Below, one piece after another: positions 57,401 to 64,000 of a DNA stretch of 64,000 nucleotides. The notes beneath the pieces were generated by a model, which saw nothing but the letters and a program-made list of their open reading frames with translations, was not told where the DNA came from and searched no databases. Within the stretch, counting starts at the first letter, position 1; each line of letters opens with the position of its first letter. The stretch is from an uncultured Elusimicrobia bacterium (GTDB lineage: Bacteria; Elusimicrobiota; Elusimicrobia; UBA1565; UBA9628). The DNA lies in contig CAIRTQ010000094.1 of the NCBI GenBank assembly GCA_903881545.1, forward strand, positions 1,479 to 65,478, in the 5' to 3' direction. The position numbers and the translations under genes are program-made.

Positions 57401-59594
57401 CGGAGCCTGCACCGCATTGGGAGAAATGCTCAAGTCCCAGCAGAGGATTGCAGAGGCTGAGGCGGCGTTCCAACAGGCCGTCGCCATGGATCCGAACGAT
57501 TACGGGGCGCACCTGTTCTTGGGACAGATCCGTCGCGAGCAGGGACGATTGGCGGAAGCCGAGGCGCTCTTCAAACGGGCCTTCGCGATAGACCCCCGCA
57601 GTTATGGCGTCTGCACGGAGCTGGGGCAGTTCTATTTCGCTCAAGGCCGGCTCTTGGAAGCGGAAGAAGAGATACGGAAAGCCATAGAAATAAATCCCAG
57701 GAATATCTGGAGCTATCTCATCGGGTCGGACATCCATTGCGGCCTGGGCCGGCTCCCCGAGGCAGAGGCGGACATCCGGAAAGCCACGGAGATCGATCCG
57801 CGGAATGCCGGGGCGCAGTATTGTTTGGGAAGAATCCGGCGCAGGCAGGGTAGGCTGGAGGAATCCGAGGCGGCTTTCTTGACGGCCGCCGAGATAGATC
57901 CTTCCAGCGATGGGGTTCATACGGAATTAGGCGATCTTTATAGCATCCAGGAGCGGATGCCGGAAGCTGAACTTGAGTTCAAGAAGGCCGCGGAGATCAA
58001 TCCGCGGAACAGTATGGCGTTCTTCTGTCTGGGGAAAATCCACCGGATCCAACGCCGGTTCGCGGAGGCCGAAGCGGCCTTCAGGATGGTCCTGGAAATC
58101 GATCCGCGCCGGGACGACGCGCTCACGGAATTGGGCTCCCTGTATCTGGGGCGGGGCGCGTTCCAGGAGGCGGAGGCCGCCGTCAGGAGCGCCATCGAGA
58201 TCAATCCCAAGAATGACTGGGCTTATCTTATATGCGGGGAAGCCTGTTGCGGCCGGGGCAGTTTCGCGGAGGCGGAGGACAGCGTCAAGAAGGCCATCGT
58301 GATCAACCCGCGCAATGCCGGGGCGCTCCGCGATTTGGGCAAGGTTTATCGCAAGCAGGGCCGGCTGCCGCAAGCCGAAGCGGCGCTCCGGCAGGCGAAG
58401 GCCCTGGACCAGGCGAGCGACGGCGCCTGGGCCGACCTGGGGGACCTTTACCTCGGCCAGGAGAGATTCCCGGAGGCCGCGGTGGAACTCCAGCAAGCCG
58501 TAGCGATGAATCCGAAGAATAGCGCGGCTCATGCCAGCCTAGGATGCGTCTATCGCAAGCTGGGCCGCCTGCCGGAGGCAGAGGTTTCTTTCAAGATGGC
58601 CGTGGCGGCGGACCCGAACAGCGATTGGGCCCGCGCCGAATTGGGAGACATCTACCGCGTCCAGGACAGATTCCCGGAAGCCGAGGCGGCGTTCACTGAA
58701 GCCGTCAAGATGAACCCGAGGAATGAAGGAGCGCTCCGTGATTTGGGTCGGCTCTACCGCCAGCAGGGCCGGTTGCAGGAGGCCGAGGCGGCCTACTGCA
58801 AGGCCTTGGAGATGAACCCCGCCAGCGCTGGCGCCCACACCGAATTGGGCGAGCTCTACCGCGGCCAGAACAGGCTCGCGGAGGCCGCGGCGGAACTAGG
58901 CAAGGCGATAGCGCTCAACCCGAATCAGGGCGAGGCGCATTTCTTGCTAGGATTGGCCTATCGCGCGCAGGGCCTGTCGGCGGAGGCGGAAGCGTCCTTC
59001 CAGAAGGCGTTGGCCTCGGACGCGAGAAGCGATTGGGCCTGCGCCGAATTGGGCGATCTTTATCTGTCCCAGGACAGGCTGTTGGAAGCCGAGGCGGCGT
59101 TCCAGAAAGCCGTCGCTATCGATCGGAAGAATGACCGTGCCCATTTCCTCTTGGGAAGGACCTATGGCAGACAGGGCAAGGTGCAAGAGGCTGAAGCGGC
59201 TCTGAAGAAAGTTCTGGAGCTCAATCCCGGAGCCGATTGGGCCTGCGTTGAAATGGGAGAGCTCTTTCTCTTCCAGGGCCGGCTGGCCGAGGCTGAAGCG
59301 GTGGTCGAGACGGCTATGCGATTGAACCAGAGGAATGACTGGGCGCACTATGTTCGGGCGAAGATATGCTGTCGTCAGGGCCGCTGGCTCGAGGCTGAGG
59401 CAGACGCCAGGAAAGTCATAGAGATTGCCCCGAGGCACGAGCATGCTTATTGCGTTCTGGGGAAGAGCTGCAGCATGCAGGGACGCCAGCCGGAGGCTGC
59501 GGCGGCTTACCAGAAGGCCCTCGAACTGGCCCCGGACAATGCCGAGGCGCGTTCATTCTTGGGCAGCCATGGCGGCGTCGAACTGCGCCCGTAA
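54471..59594 (+). CDS. B12-binding-domain radical SAM enzyme (class B) fused to about 33 C-terminal TPR repeats
   Basis: 1707 aa. N-terminal cobalamin-binding-like domain (MRIALIQCPLWG...), radical SAM CxxxCxxC (SRGCPRQCHFCS), then about 1150 aa of 34-residue TPR units. Confidence 0.8.
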   Translation: MRIALIQCPLWGTFDPPIGLAQMASFMKSQGHEVAAWDINIKAFLSQPEERKSLWAWEKTELWTFPDQVQRIFSENLGVVDRCIDQVLGRGIRLLGISVNSASYLFSLEFARRLKSREGRIRIALGGPFFLKPAATADALREDCVDFVIAGEGLAAFAELARRLDSGADASGCPGVAGKGAGLEVSNPPPPPADLDALPFLDFSDLPLGDYDTGNHLSLMTSRGCPRQCHFCSCAPCWPGYRVMSGRRIFEEVRHHKERFGHGLGHVDFVDLAFNGNMESLSQFCALMDRADLDLSWTANMYVRPEMKAPVIAAMARARCRHVILGIESGSERVLKLMNKHYRIADAERMLRELFQAGICVTANFMFGFPGETEADFQLTLDFLRRNARYMGVYPSRTYCALEENSLLAAHPERFAIKPSSASHIFWESSDGRNTYPVRMDRCQRFCRLAAKLGVGTSAGVQTTVPLEEWLTLGAYYEFKGDIPKAIQSLAKYLRRDPCNQEARRRLEGLRGRIPSLGLDRKKSDGLRSLAEQTLSRRPTAKAVRRDRPLSPVFLSVRMTWLAARLGRLSKRRISYPETMAVKKIITEIVQIARLQKRFPPKVSRGLLRQMERLRRQARALPMARGLKLEEGLAGDDPSYVQLGIASSERGEFPQALRFHAKAIAINPYNDDAYCYMGNILRKQGQMKESDAALQKALEINPSNDTARSGLGCLYFSQGKIAEALEELTKAIGINPRNDWAHNIRADIYLSQGRLSDAEADAVASIRIDPRNDGAHCKSGKILRLQGRLAEAEAAFEKALEVNPRCVEACTALGDMLQSQHRIAEAEAAFQQAVAMDPNDYGAHLFLGHIRREQGRLAEAEALFKRAFAIDPRSEGICTDLGQFYLAQGRLLEAEEEIRKAIEINPKNIWDYLIRSDIHCGLGRLPEAEADIRKATEIDPRNDGAHCKLGNILRLQGRLAEAEATFEKALEVNPCCVGACTALGEMLKSQQRIAEAEAAFQQAVAMDPNDYGAHLFLGQIRREQGRLAEAEALFKRAFAIDPRSYGVCTELGQFYFAQGRLLEAEEEIRKAIEINPRNIWSYLIGSDIHCGLGRLPEAEADIRKATEIDPRNAGAQYCLGRIRRRQGRLEESEAAFLTAAEIDPSSDGVHTELGDLYSIQERMPEAELEFKKAAEINPRNSMAFFCLGKIHRIQRRFAEAEAAFRMVLEIDPRRDDALTELGSLYLGRGAFQEAEAAVRSAIEINPKNDWAYLICGEACCGRGSFAEAEDSVKKAIVINPRNAGALRDLGKVYRKQGRLPQAEAALRQAKALDQASDGAWADLGDLYLGQERFPEAAVELQQAVAMNPKNSAAHASLGCVYRKLGRLPEAEVSFKMAVAADPNSDWARAELGDIYRVQDRFPEAEAAFTEAVKMNPRNEGALRDLGRLYRQQGRLQEAEAAYCKALEMNPASAGAHTELGELYRGQNRLAEAAAELGKAIALNPNQGEAHFLLGLAYRAQGLSAEAEASFQKALASDARSDWACAELGDLYLSQDRLLEAEAAFQKAVAIDRKNDRAHFLLGRTYGRQGKVQEAEAALKKVLELNPGADWACVEMGELFLFQGRLAEAEAVVETAMRLNQRNDWAHYVRAKICCRQGRWLEAEADARKVIEIAPRHEHAYCVLGKSCSMQGRQPEAAAAYQKALELAPDNAEARSFLGSHGGVELRP
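56775..57794 (+). repeat. Intragenic tandem duplication: two 510-nt (5-TPR, 170-aa) units, about 90% identical, inside the rSAM-TPR gene
   Basis: Protein segment DPRNDGAHCKSGKILRLQGRLAEAEA...ADIRKATEI is repeated as DPRNDGAHCKLGNILRLQGRLAEAEA...ADIRKATEI. The DNA aligns base-for-base with mostly synonymous differences. Confidence 0.75.
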
Positions 59595-60572
59595 GAAGGG
59601 CAGGTGCCGGTAGAAGACCTCCGCCGGATCCTTCGCGTCTATTTCAGCCGCCGGGCGCCGAAGTTCCTCGGCGGCCATGCGTTCTAGCCAGGGCCGCGTT
59701 TCCGGGAAATGCTCCTGATATGCTTCGCAAGTCTGGTCGAAGTCTTCCGGGTCGCACGCCTCGCCCCGGCCGAAATACAGGCGTAGTCCGAGCACGCGGG
59801 TATATAGGAAAAAGAGCCGGTAGGTATTGCATCCCGCCCACGAGCGCAGGCCGAAATGTCGTAGGGAAAGCGCCAACTCCGCCGCAGCTTGGCGGGCGCC
59901 GCGCTGCAATTGCGCCGGCGAGGGACGCCGCAGCCGGCCGGGGTCGAACCCGCAGCGCAATCGGTAGTGGCCGGCCCACAGGGGATGGCGGCTCAAGGCC
60001 CGAATCCACAGTCCGTCGCCACGGTCCGGCCCGCCCAAGGCCCATGCAAAGAAGGGCGTATCCAGATGCGGTGAGAGCAGCAGCCCCTGGAGGACATTCC
60101 TCGTGATCAGCCAGCCGGCGCTGCGGAACCGGGTTTCCTCCCTATGCCAAAAGTCCATCAATAAGGAGACCTTGCGCAAGGCGTGGAGCCCCGGGGCCTC
60201 GGGTAGGACCACGTACCAATGCAGCATGGTGTCCATGAAGAAACCCGCCCCTGGGCCAATCTTTGCAATCCGCTCCAGCCATTCATCGGGATAGGAATTT
60301 TTTGGCGCGGCGTGCGGCAGTTCCGAAGCGCATGCCTCCTCGGGCCCATCGCCGAGTCCGGAGCAGAATCCGTCCAGCCGGCCCAGCGCGAAGCCCAGCA
60401 GGGCCATGGCTTGCTCGCGGTCCATCCGCTCCGGAAGCAGCAGGCTGCGCCGGATCTCTGGGGAGCATCCGCTGGCGATGCCGGCATGGGCGTGGCCGCG
60501 TTCCGCGGCCGACGGCAACCCCTGCTGCGCTGCCTCGATGTGGCGTAGCACGTCCAGGAACCCTTTGATCAT
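59553..60572 (-). CDS. Hypothetical protein; possibly the C-terminal portion of the upstream nucleotidyltransferase gene
   Basis: 339-aa ORF with ordinary protein-like composition. It overlaps the 60283..61125 ORF in another frame. Confidence 0.4.
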   Translation of the reverse strand: MIKGFLDVLRHIEAAQQGLPSAAERGHAHAGIASGCSPEIRRSLLLPERMDREQAMALLGFALGRLDGFCSGLGDGPEEACASELPHAAPKNSYPDEWLERIAKIGPGAGFFMDTMLHWYVVLPEAPGLHALRKVSLLMDFWHREETRFRSAGWLITRNVLQGLLLSPHLDTPFFAWALGGPDRGDGLWIRALSRHPLWAGHYRLRCGFDPGRLRRPSPAQLQRGARQAAAELALSLRHFGLRSWAGCNTYRLFFLYTRVLGLRLYFGRGEACDPEDFDQTCEAYQEHFPETRPWLERMAAEELRRPAAEIDAKDPAEVFYRHLPFLRAQFDAAMAAQE

Positions 60573-61125
60573 GCGGAAGCCGAAATCCGGAGCCGCGGGC
60601 GGTCGCGCGGACTCGGAATAGGTCTGGGTTAAAAAGAGGTAGGCGGCCAGCGCCTCGTGCAGGTGTTGGAGGCTGGCGTCGGAGCCCGGGCCTGCCGGCG
60701 CGGGGAGACCGGGTGCCCCGCAGGGGCTTCCAGGTGCGTGAGTCCATCCGGCGGATTCCGCCCCAGGCCAGGTAATCCGAAAATTCCGCCGGCGTGGCGA
60801 TTTGCAGTTCGCCCAGCATGGGCGAGAGAAGTTTGGCCCAGCCGTAACGGCGCCAGAGGCCCCGCAAAAGAGCGGTTTCCCGGCCGGCCGGAATATCGAG
60901 GACCATGAGCAGATCCATGTCGCTGACGCCAGGCGTCAGCCCGCGCCGGCTGAGCCCGCGGCGCAGGTAGAGAGCGACCAAGGAGCGGCCCAACGGCCAG
61001 GCTAGCAGCAGCGCCGCCAGGCGGAGCCCCCCAGCATAGGCGGCGCGGTAGCAGGCCCCTAGGACAGGCCAGTCACGGGTCCTTATCACGAGGCGTCGCA
61101 GTGCGGTTGCTCCGGGCATCGACAT
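60283..61125 (-). CDS. Nucleotidyltransferase-domain protein (Pol-beta superfamily, GS-x9-DxD: GVSDMDLLMVLD); only the first ~125 aa look real
   Basis: The N-terminal 125 aa are protein-like with the NTase motif. The remainder of the ORF is R/P/G-rich wrong-frame-like text overlapping the next ORF. Confidence 0.5.
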   Translation of the reverse strand: MSMPGATALRRLVIRTRDWPVLGACYRAAYAGGLRLAALLLAWPLGRSLVALYLRRGLSRRGLTPGVSDMDLLMVLDIPAGRETALLRGLWRRYGWAKLLSPMLGELQIATPAEFSDYLAWGGIRRMDSRTWKPLRGTRSPRAGRPGLRRQPPTPARGAGRLPLFNPDLFRVRATARGSGFRLPHDQRVPGRATPHRGSAAGVAVGRGTRPRPCRHRQRMLPRDPAQPAASGADGPRASHGPAGLRAGPAGRILLRTRRWARGGMRFGTAARRAKKFLSR

Positions 61126-61361
61126 GGAATCTTAAGTGATTCTATATAATTTGAGAAATTCTCTGGCTCGGAGCGATGACGGCAAGTATTACAAGCGTAG
61201 GTCATCCAAGTCAGCGCGCGAGCGGGTCTGTCTTTCGTTCGTATTTTTCCGTCGGGTGGTTGTGAAGTATCCCTCGCAGCTTGTGAAGGCAATTTCTCTG
61301 GCATTCCGGCACTTCTCCGTATATAATGGTTCTTGCCGTGCGCACTCAAGGCAACAAACAC

Positions 61362-64000
61362 ATGGCGGTGCCCATTTCTATGATTCGCAGTCGATTCCCC
61401 CGCGGCATTCTCTTGCGATGCCGGGCGGGGCTGCTGACGATCATTCTTGCGCTCCCCCCATCAGCGATGGCGGCATCCAAGAGTTGGGTCGGCGGTTCCA
61501 ATTCCAATTGGCAGACGGCGGCCAACTGGAGCCCTTCCGGAGTCCCAGGTTCCGCCGACGCGGTCACCATAGACGCCAACATCAGCGTCGTAGCGAACTC
61601 CTCAGCCATCAGCTTCTCGAGTTTGATATTGGGAGATGCCAACGGCACCTTCGCCTCGAACCTTTTCCTTTCAACCGGCCTGGCGAGCGCGGGGAGCGTA
61701 CTGATTTACAAGAAGTCAGGCCTGACCATCGATATCTCCCAGCAATTGTTCATCAACGGTAATTTTACGATGCAGCCGGGCTCGAGCATGACCACCACCG
61801 CAGTGACGGCCACGAATAATCCCGTCGACGCCCAGATTTATTTAACGCTCACCGGCACAGGCATTTTCAATCTCGTGAAGGGCTCGACCGTGAATCTTGC
61901 CGGTTTGGGCTTCGCTGGGGGCGCCAGCCGCGTCACTGGGAAAGGCCCTGGCGGCGGCGGCGGTTCCGGCGCTAACAATTACGGTGGCGGCGGCGGCGGG
62001 CATGGCGGCGCCGGCGGCGCGGGCTACGGAGGCACCGGAGGATTAGCTAATGATACGCCAACCGACCCTGCTTATCCGGGTTCGGGCGGCGGCGGAGGAA
62101 GGTCTTCCAGCGCCGGCTTGGCCGGCGGAGCGGGTGGCGGTGCGTTCATCCTGAATGCGACAAGCGCCACCATCGACGGCCTCATCACCGTGAATGGCGC
62201 CGCGGGAAAGCCCGGCGTCGGTCCTGGCGGAGGCGGAGCTGGAGGGACCGTGAATATGACGGCCGCCTACTTCACCGGCGTCGGGAGCATCAGCGCCAAT
62301 GGCGGGGGCGGAGGCGCGCCCTCCAGCGGAAGAGGAGGAGGAGGAGGAGGAGGAGGAGACATTTCCATTGATATCATGGGCTCGGGTTCGATCTCCGGCC
62401 TGAGCCTGAGCGTGGCCGGAGGCACTAGCTCGGCCACCACGGGATCGCTCGGCGTCATCAGCACGACCGTGACCGTGGCCGCGCCGACCTTGACCTCCGT
62501 CGGGGCGGCTTCCAGCTCTATTGAATGGGATTGGAACGGCGTTGTGGGCGGAGTGAACTACCAGATCTTTTCCTCAACGGGCGGCCTCGGCCAGTCCCCC
62601 CTTCTGGGGGCAGGTGCCACCTATTATGTCGAGTCTGCCTTGACCCCCAACACCACCTATACCCGTTATGTCGTTGTTACTGCCGGTGGATATTCCGCCA
62701 ATTCGACGGTTTTCAGCACAGCCACTCTGGCCGCGGCGCCCACTGCGGCAGCCAAGACATTCAACGCCGTGAACGCGGCGGACATGACTGTGGGCTGGTC
62801 CACCAACGGCAATCCTGTGGGCGTCACGACTTACACCGTGGTCTTAAGCACAGGATCGTCATATCCCAACAGCTACTCAGGGACAGTTTCCATCAGCACG
62901 GTCGCCCAAGGTGCTACTGCGGCCGCTACTTTGACCGGGCTCGCGGCTGATACAACCTACTACCTCTATGTCGCGGCCATGAATTACAACGGCATCCAGA
63001 CCGCTTTCATGCCATTAGGTTCTACCTCGACCTTGGCCAGCGCTCCGTCCAACCCGGTTTTCGTGGCTGTCCTTGCCGGCAGCATCATCGTCCACTGGAC
63101 CGCTCCCTCCGCGGGCACTGCGGCAGGCTACCTGCTCCAGGCCTCGACCGCTTCCAATTTCACTGGAACCATCTACTCCTCCGCCACGCCTAACGCCGTC
63201 TTGAGCACCTTGACCGTTTCCGGGCTCAGGGCCAACACCACCTACTATTTCCAGGTGGCCGGCTTGAACTGGAACTCCGTGCCCAGCTTCACGGTCTGGG
63301 GCGGTTCCACAGCGACGTTGGCCTCCCCCCCCTCGCGCCTAGCCAGCGACTACATCGCCGTCTACTATACCTCGGCCACCTTGCAATGGGCCGCCCTGCC
63401 CCAGTCGCCTTCCAGTCAGACCTGCGAAGGCTATCTGCTGATAGCCTCGACGGCTCCGGATTTCACTGGGACAATCTACTCCTCCGCCACGCCCAACACG
63501 GCCTTAAGCACCCTGACCATTTCCGGGTTGAACCTGGCCAATACCTATTATTTTCAGGTGGGCAGCCTTAACCCCGAATCGGTCTGGAATCCTGTATCTT
63601 TGACCCAGCTCAACATGCAGCTCAGCCAGTCCACGGCCGCCTTGAGCCTCGGCGCCATGGACCCGACGGTGTATTCCTCCACCATATCCATCAGCAGTTT
63701 CGTGGTGACCAACCAGGGCAGCCTGCCTGTCACGATCATGGTCTGGGCCTCGACCATGACCCAGCCGTCGAGCCCGTGGACCTTGGGACTGGCGCCGGAC
63801 AATGAGACCGTCCTGCTCCAGGGCGTCTGGAATTCGGTTGCCCCCTCCTCCGGGAAATTCAACACGGCCATCACCAACAGCACGACGACCTCGACCGGCT
63901 CTAACTACGCGGGCAATCAGACCGGGGTGAGCGTACCGCCGGGGCAGTCGCGGACCATGTGGTTCCAGTTCTGGCGGCCGTCGTCGACAGTCAGCAACGC
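61362..64000 (+). CDS. Large secreted surface protein with a Gly-rich beta-helix-like region and multiple fibronectin-III-like repeats (partial, continues past the window end)
   Basis: Uninterrupted reading frame from the ATG at 61362 to the window end (>870 aa); it is absent from the ORF track, presumably because no stop codon falls inside the window. Signal peptide (ILLRCRAGLLTIILALPPSAMAAS). Repeated ~95-aa Thr/Ser-rich modules (TTYYFQVAGLN...). Confidence 0.65.
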   Translation, partial: MAVPISMIRSRFPRGILLRCRAGLLTIILALPPSAMAASKSWVGGSNSNWQTAANWSPSGVPGSADAVTIDANISVVANSSAISFSSLILGDANGTFASNLFLSTGLASAGSVLIYKKSGLTIDISQQLFINGNFTMQPGSSMTTTAVTATNNPVDAQIYLTLTGTGIFNLVKGSTVNLAGLGFAGGASRVTGKGPGGGGGSGANNYGGGGGGHGGAGGAGYGGTGGLANDTPTDPAYPGSGGGGGRSSSAGLAGGAGGGAFILNATSATIDGLITVNGAAGKPGVGPGGGGAGGTVNMTAAYFTGVGSISANGGGGGAPSSGRGGGGGGGGDISIDIMGSGSISGLSLSVAGGTSSATTGSLGVISTTVTVAAPTLTSVGAASSSIEWDWNGVVGGVNYQIFSSTGGLGQSPLLGAGATYYVESALTPNTTYTRYVVVTAGGYSANSTVFSTATLAAAPTAAAKTFNAVNAADMTVGWSTNGNPVGVTTYTVVLSTGSSYPNSYSGTVSISTVAQGATAAATLTGLAADTTYYLYVAAMNYNGIQTAFMPLGSTSTLASAPSNPVFVAVLAGSIIVHWTAPSAGTAAGYLLQASTASNFTGTIYSSATPNAVLSTLTVSGLRANTTYYFQVAGLNWNSVPSFTVWGGSTATLASPPSRLASDYIAVYYTSATLQWAALPQSPSSQTCEGYLLIASTAPDFTGTIYSSATPNTALSTLTISGLNLANTYYFQVGSLNPESVWNPVSLTQLNMQLSQSTAALSLGAMDPTVYSSTISISSFVVTNQGSLPVTIMVWASTMTQPSSPWTLGLAPDNETVLLQGVWNSVAPSSGKFNTAITNSTTTSTGSNYAGNQTGVSVPPGQSRTMWFQFWRPSSTVSN
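62328..62357 (+). repeat. (GGA)n trinucleotide microsatellite (8 perfect units, 62334-62357) encoding poly-Gly inside the surface-protein gene
   Basis: Read directly: gga aga followed by eight consecutive gga codons. Confidence 0.8.

Noticed and set aside
61136-61762. 208-aa plus ORF listed in the track at the start of the surface-protein region
   Set aside because: It is the wrong frame. The adjacent frame from the ATG at 61362 is open to the end of the window and encodes a coherent signal peptide plus repeat protein.

Overview
This is a high-GC (about 65-70%) bacterial chromosomal window with dense, mostly operonic housekeeping genes and a roughly 14 kb lower-GC (about 55%) insertion at about 34.3-48.3 kb. 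The insertion is a single seven-gene, translationally coupled minus-strand operon. It combines a helicase (SNF2-like with a DUF3883 C-terminus), a DUF1156 DNA methyltransferase and a HEPN-DUF499 ATPase (an Hma-like restriction-modification-type core). Two further modules are nested inside it: a GHKL-ATPase / STAS-like(DUF4325) / PIN nuclease trio, and a single-polypeptide ABC-ATPase+DUF4435 (PARIS/OLD-like) gene. The methyltransferase is interrupted by a frameshift. One edge of the island carries a 12-nt x5 tandem repeat inside a remnant of a RecG-like regulator gene. The island appears to have landed next to a MoxR-associated operon (DUF58-BatA/DUF4159-VWA), separating it from the MoxR ATPase now about 19 kb upstream. 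Outside the island, the minus strand carries mtnA, a DUF167/yggS pair and groESL (groEL has an apparent 1-nt frameshift). It also carries a long operon of TPR protein-metF-lhgO-tatT-dctPQM (a TPAT-type TRAP transporter)-LOG, plus ileS preceded by its cognate tRNA-Ile, tonB-exbBD, an ornithine-decarboxylase/homospermidine-synthase pair, a GDT1-family transporter and a nucleotidyltransferase gene. The plus strand carries a secreted TPR-like protein, dinG, an outer-membrane protein, tRNA-Ser, a 1139-aa M4/M36-like metalloprotease with a T9SS/FlgD-Ig-like C-terminal domain, a CheY-like receiver, a hypothetical membrane protein followed by MoxR and an NCS2 permease, and a 1707-aa B12-binding radical-SAM enzyme fused to about 33 TPR repeats (with an internal 510-nt tandem duplication). 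The window ends in a partial >870-aa FN3/Gly-rich surface protein. Several genes appear to be transcribed leaderlessly, with a TATAAT box 7-8 nt before the start codon. All coordinates for features I delineated myself (tRNAs, repeats, hairpins, frameshift sites) may be off by 1-2 nt.
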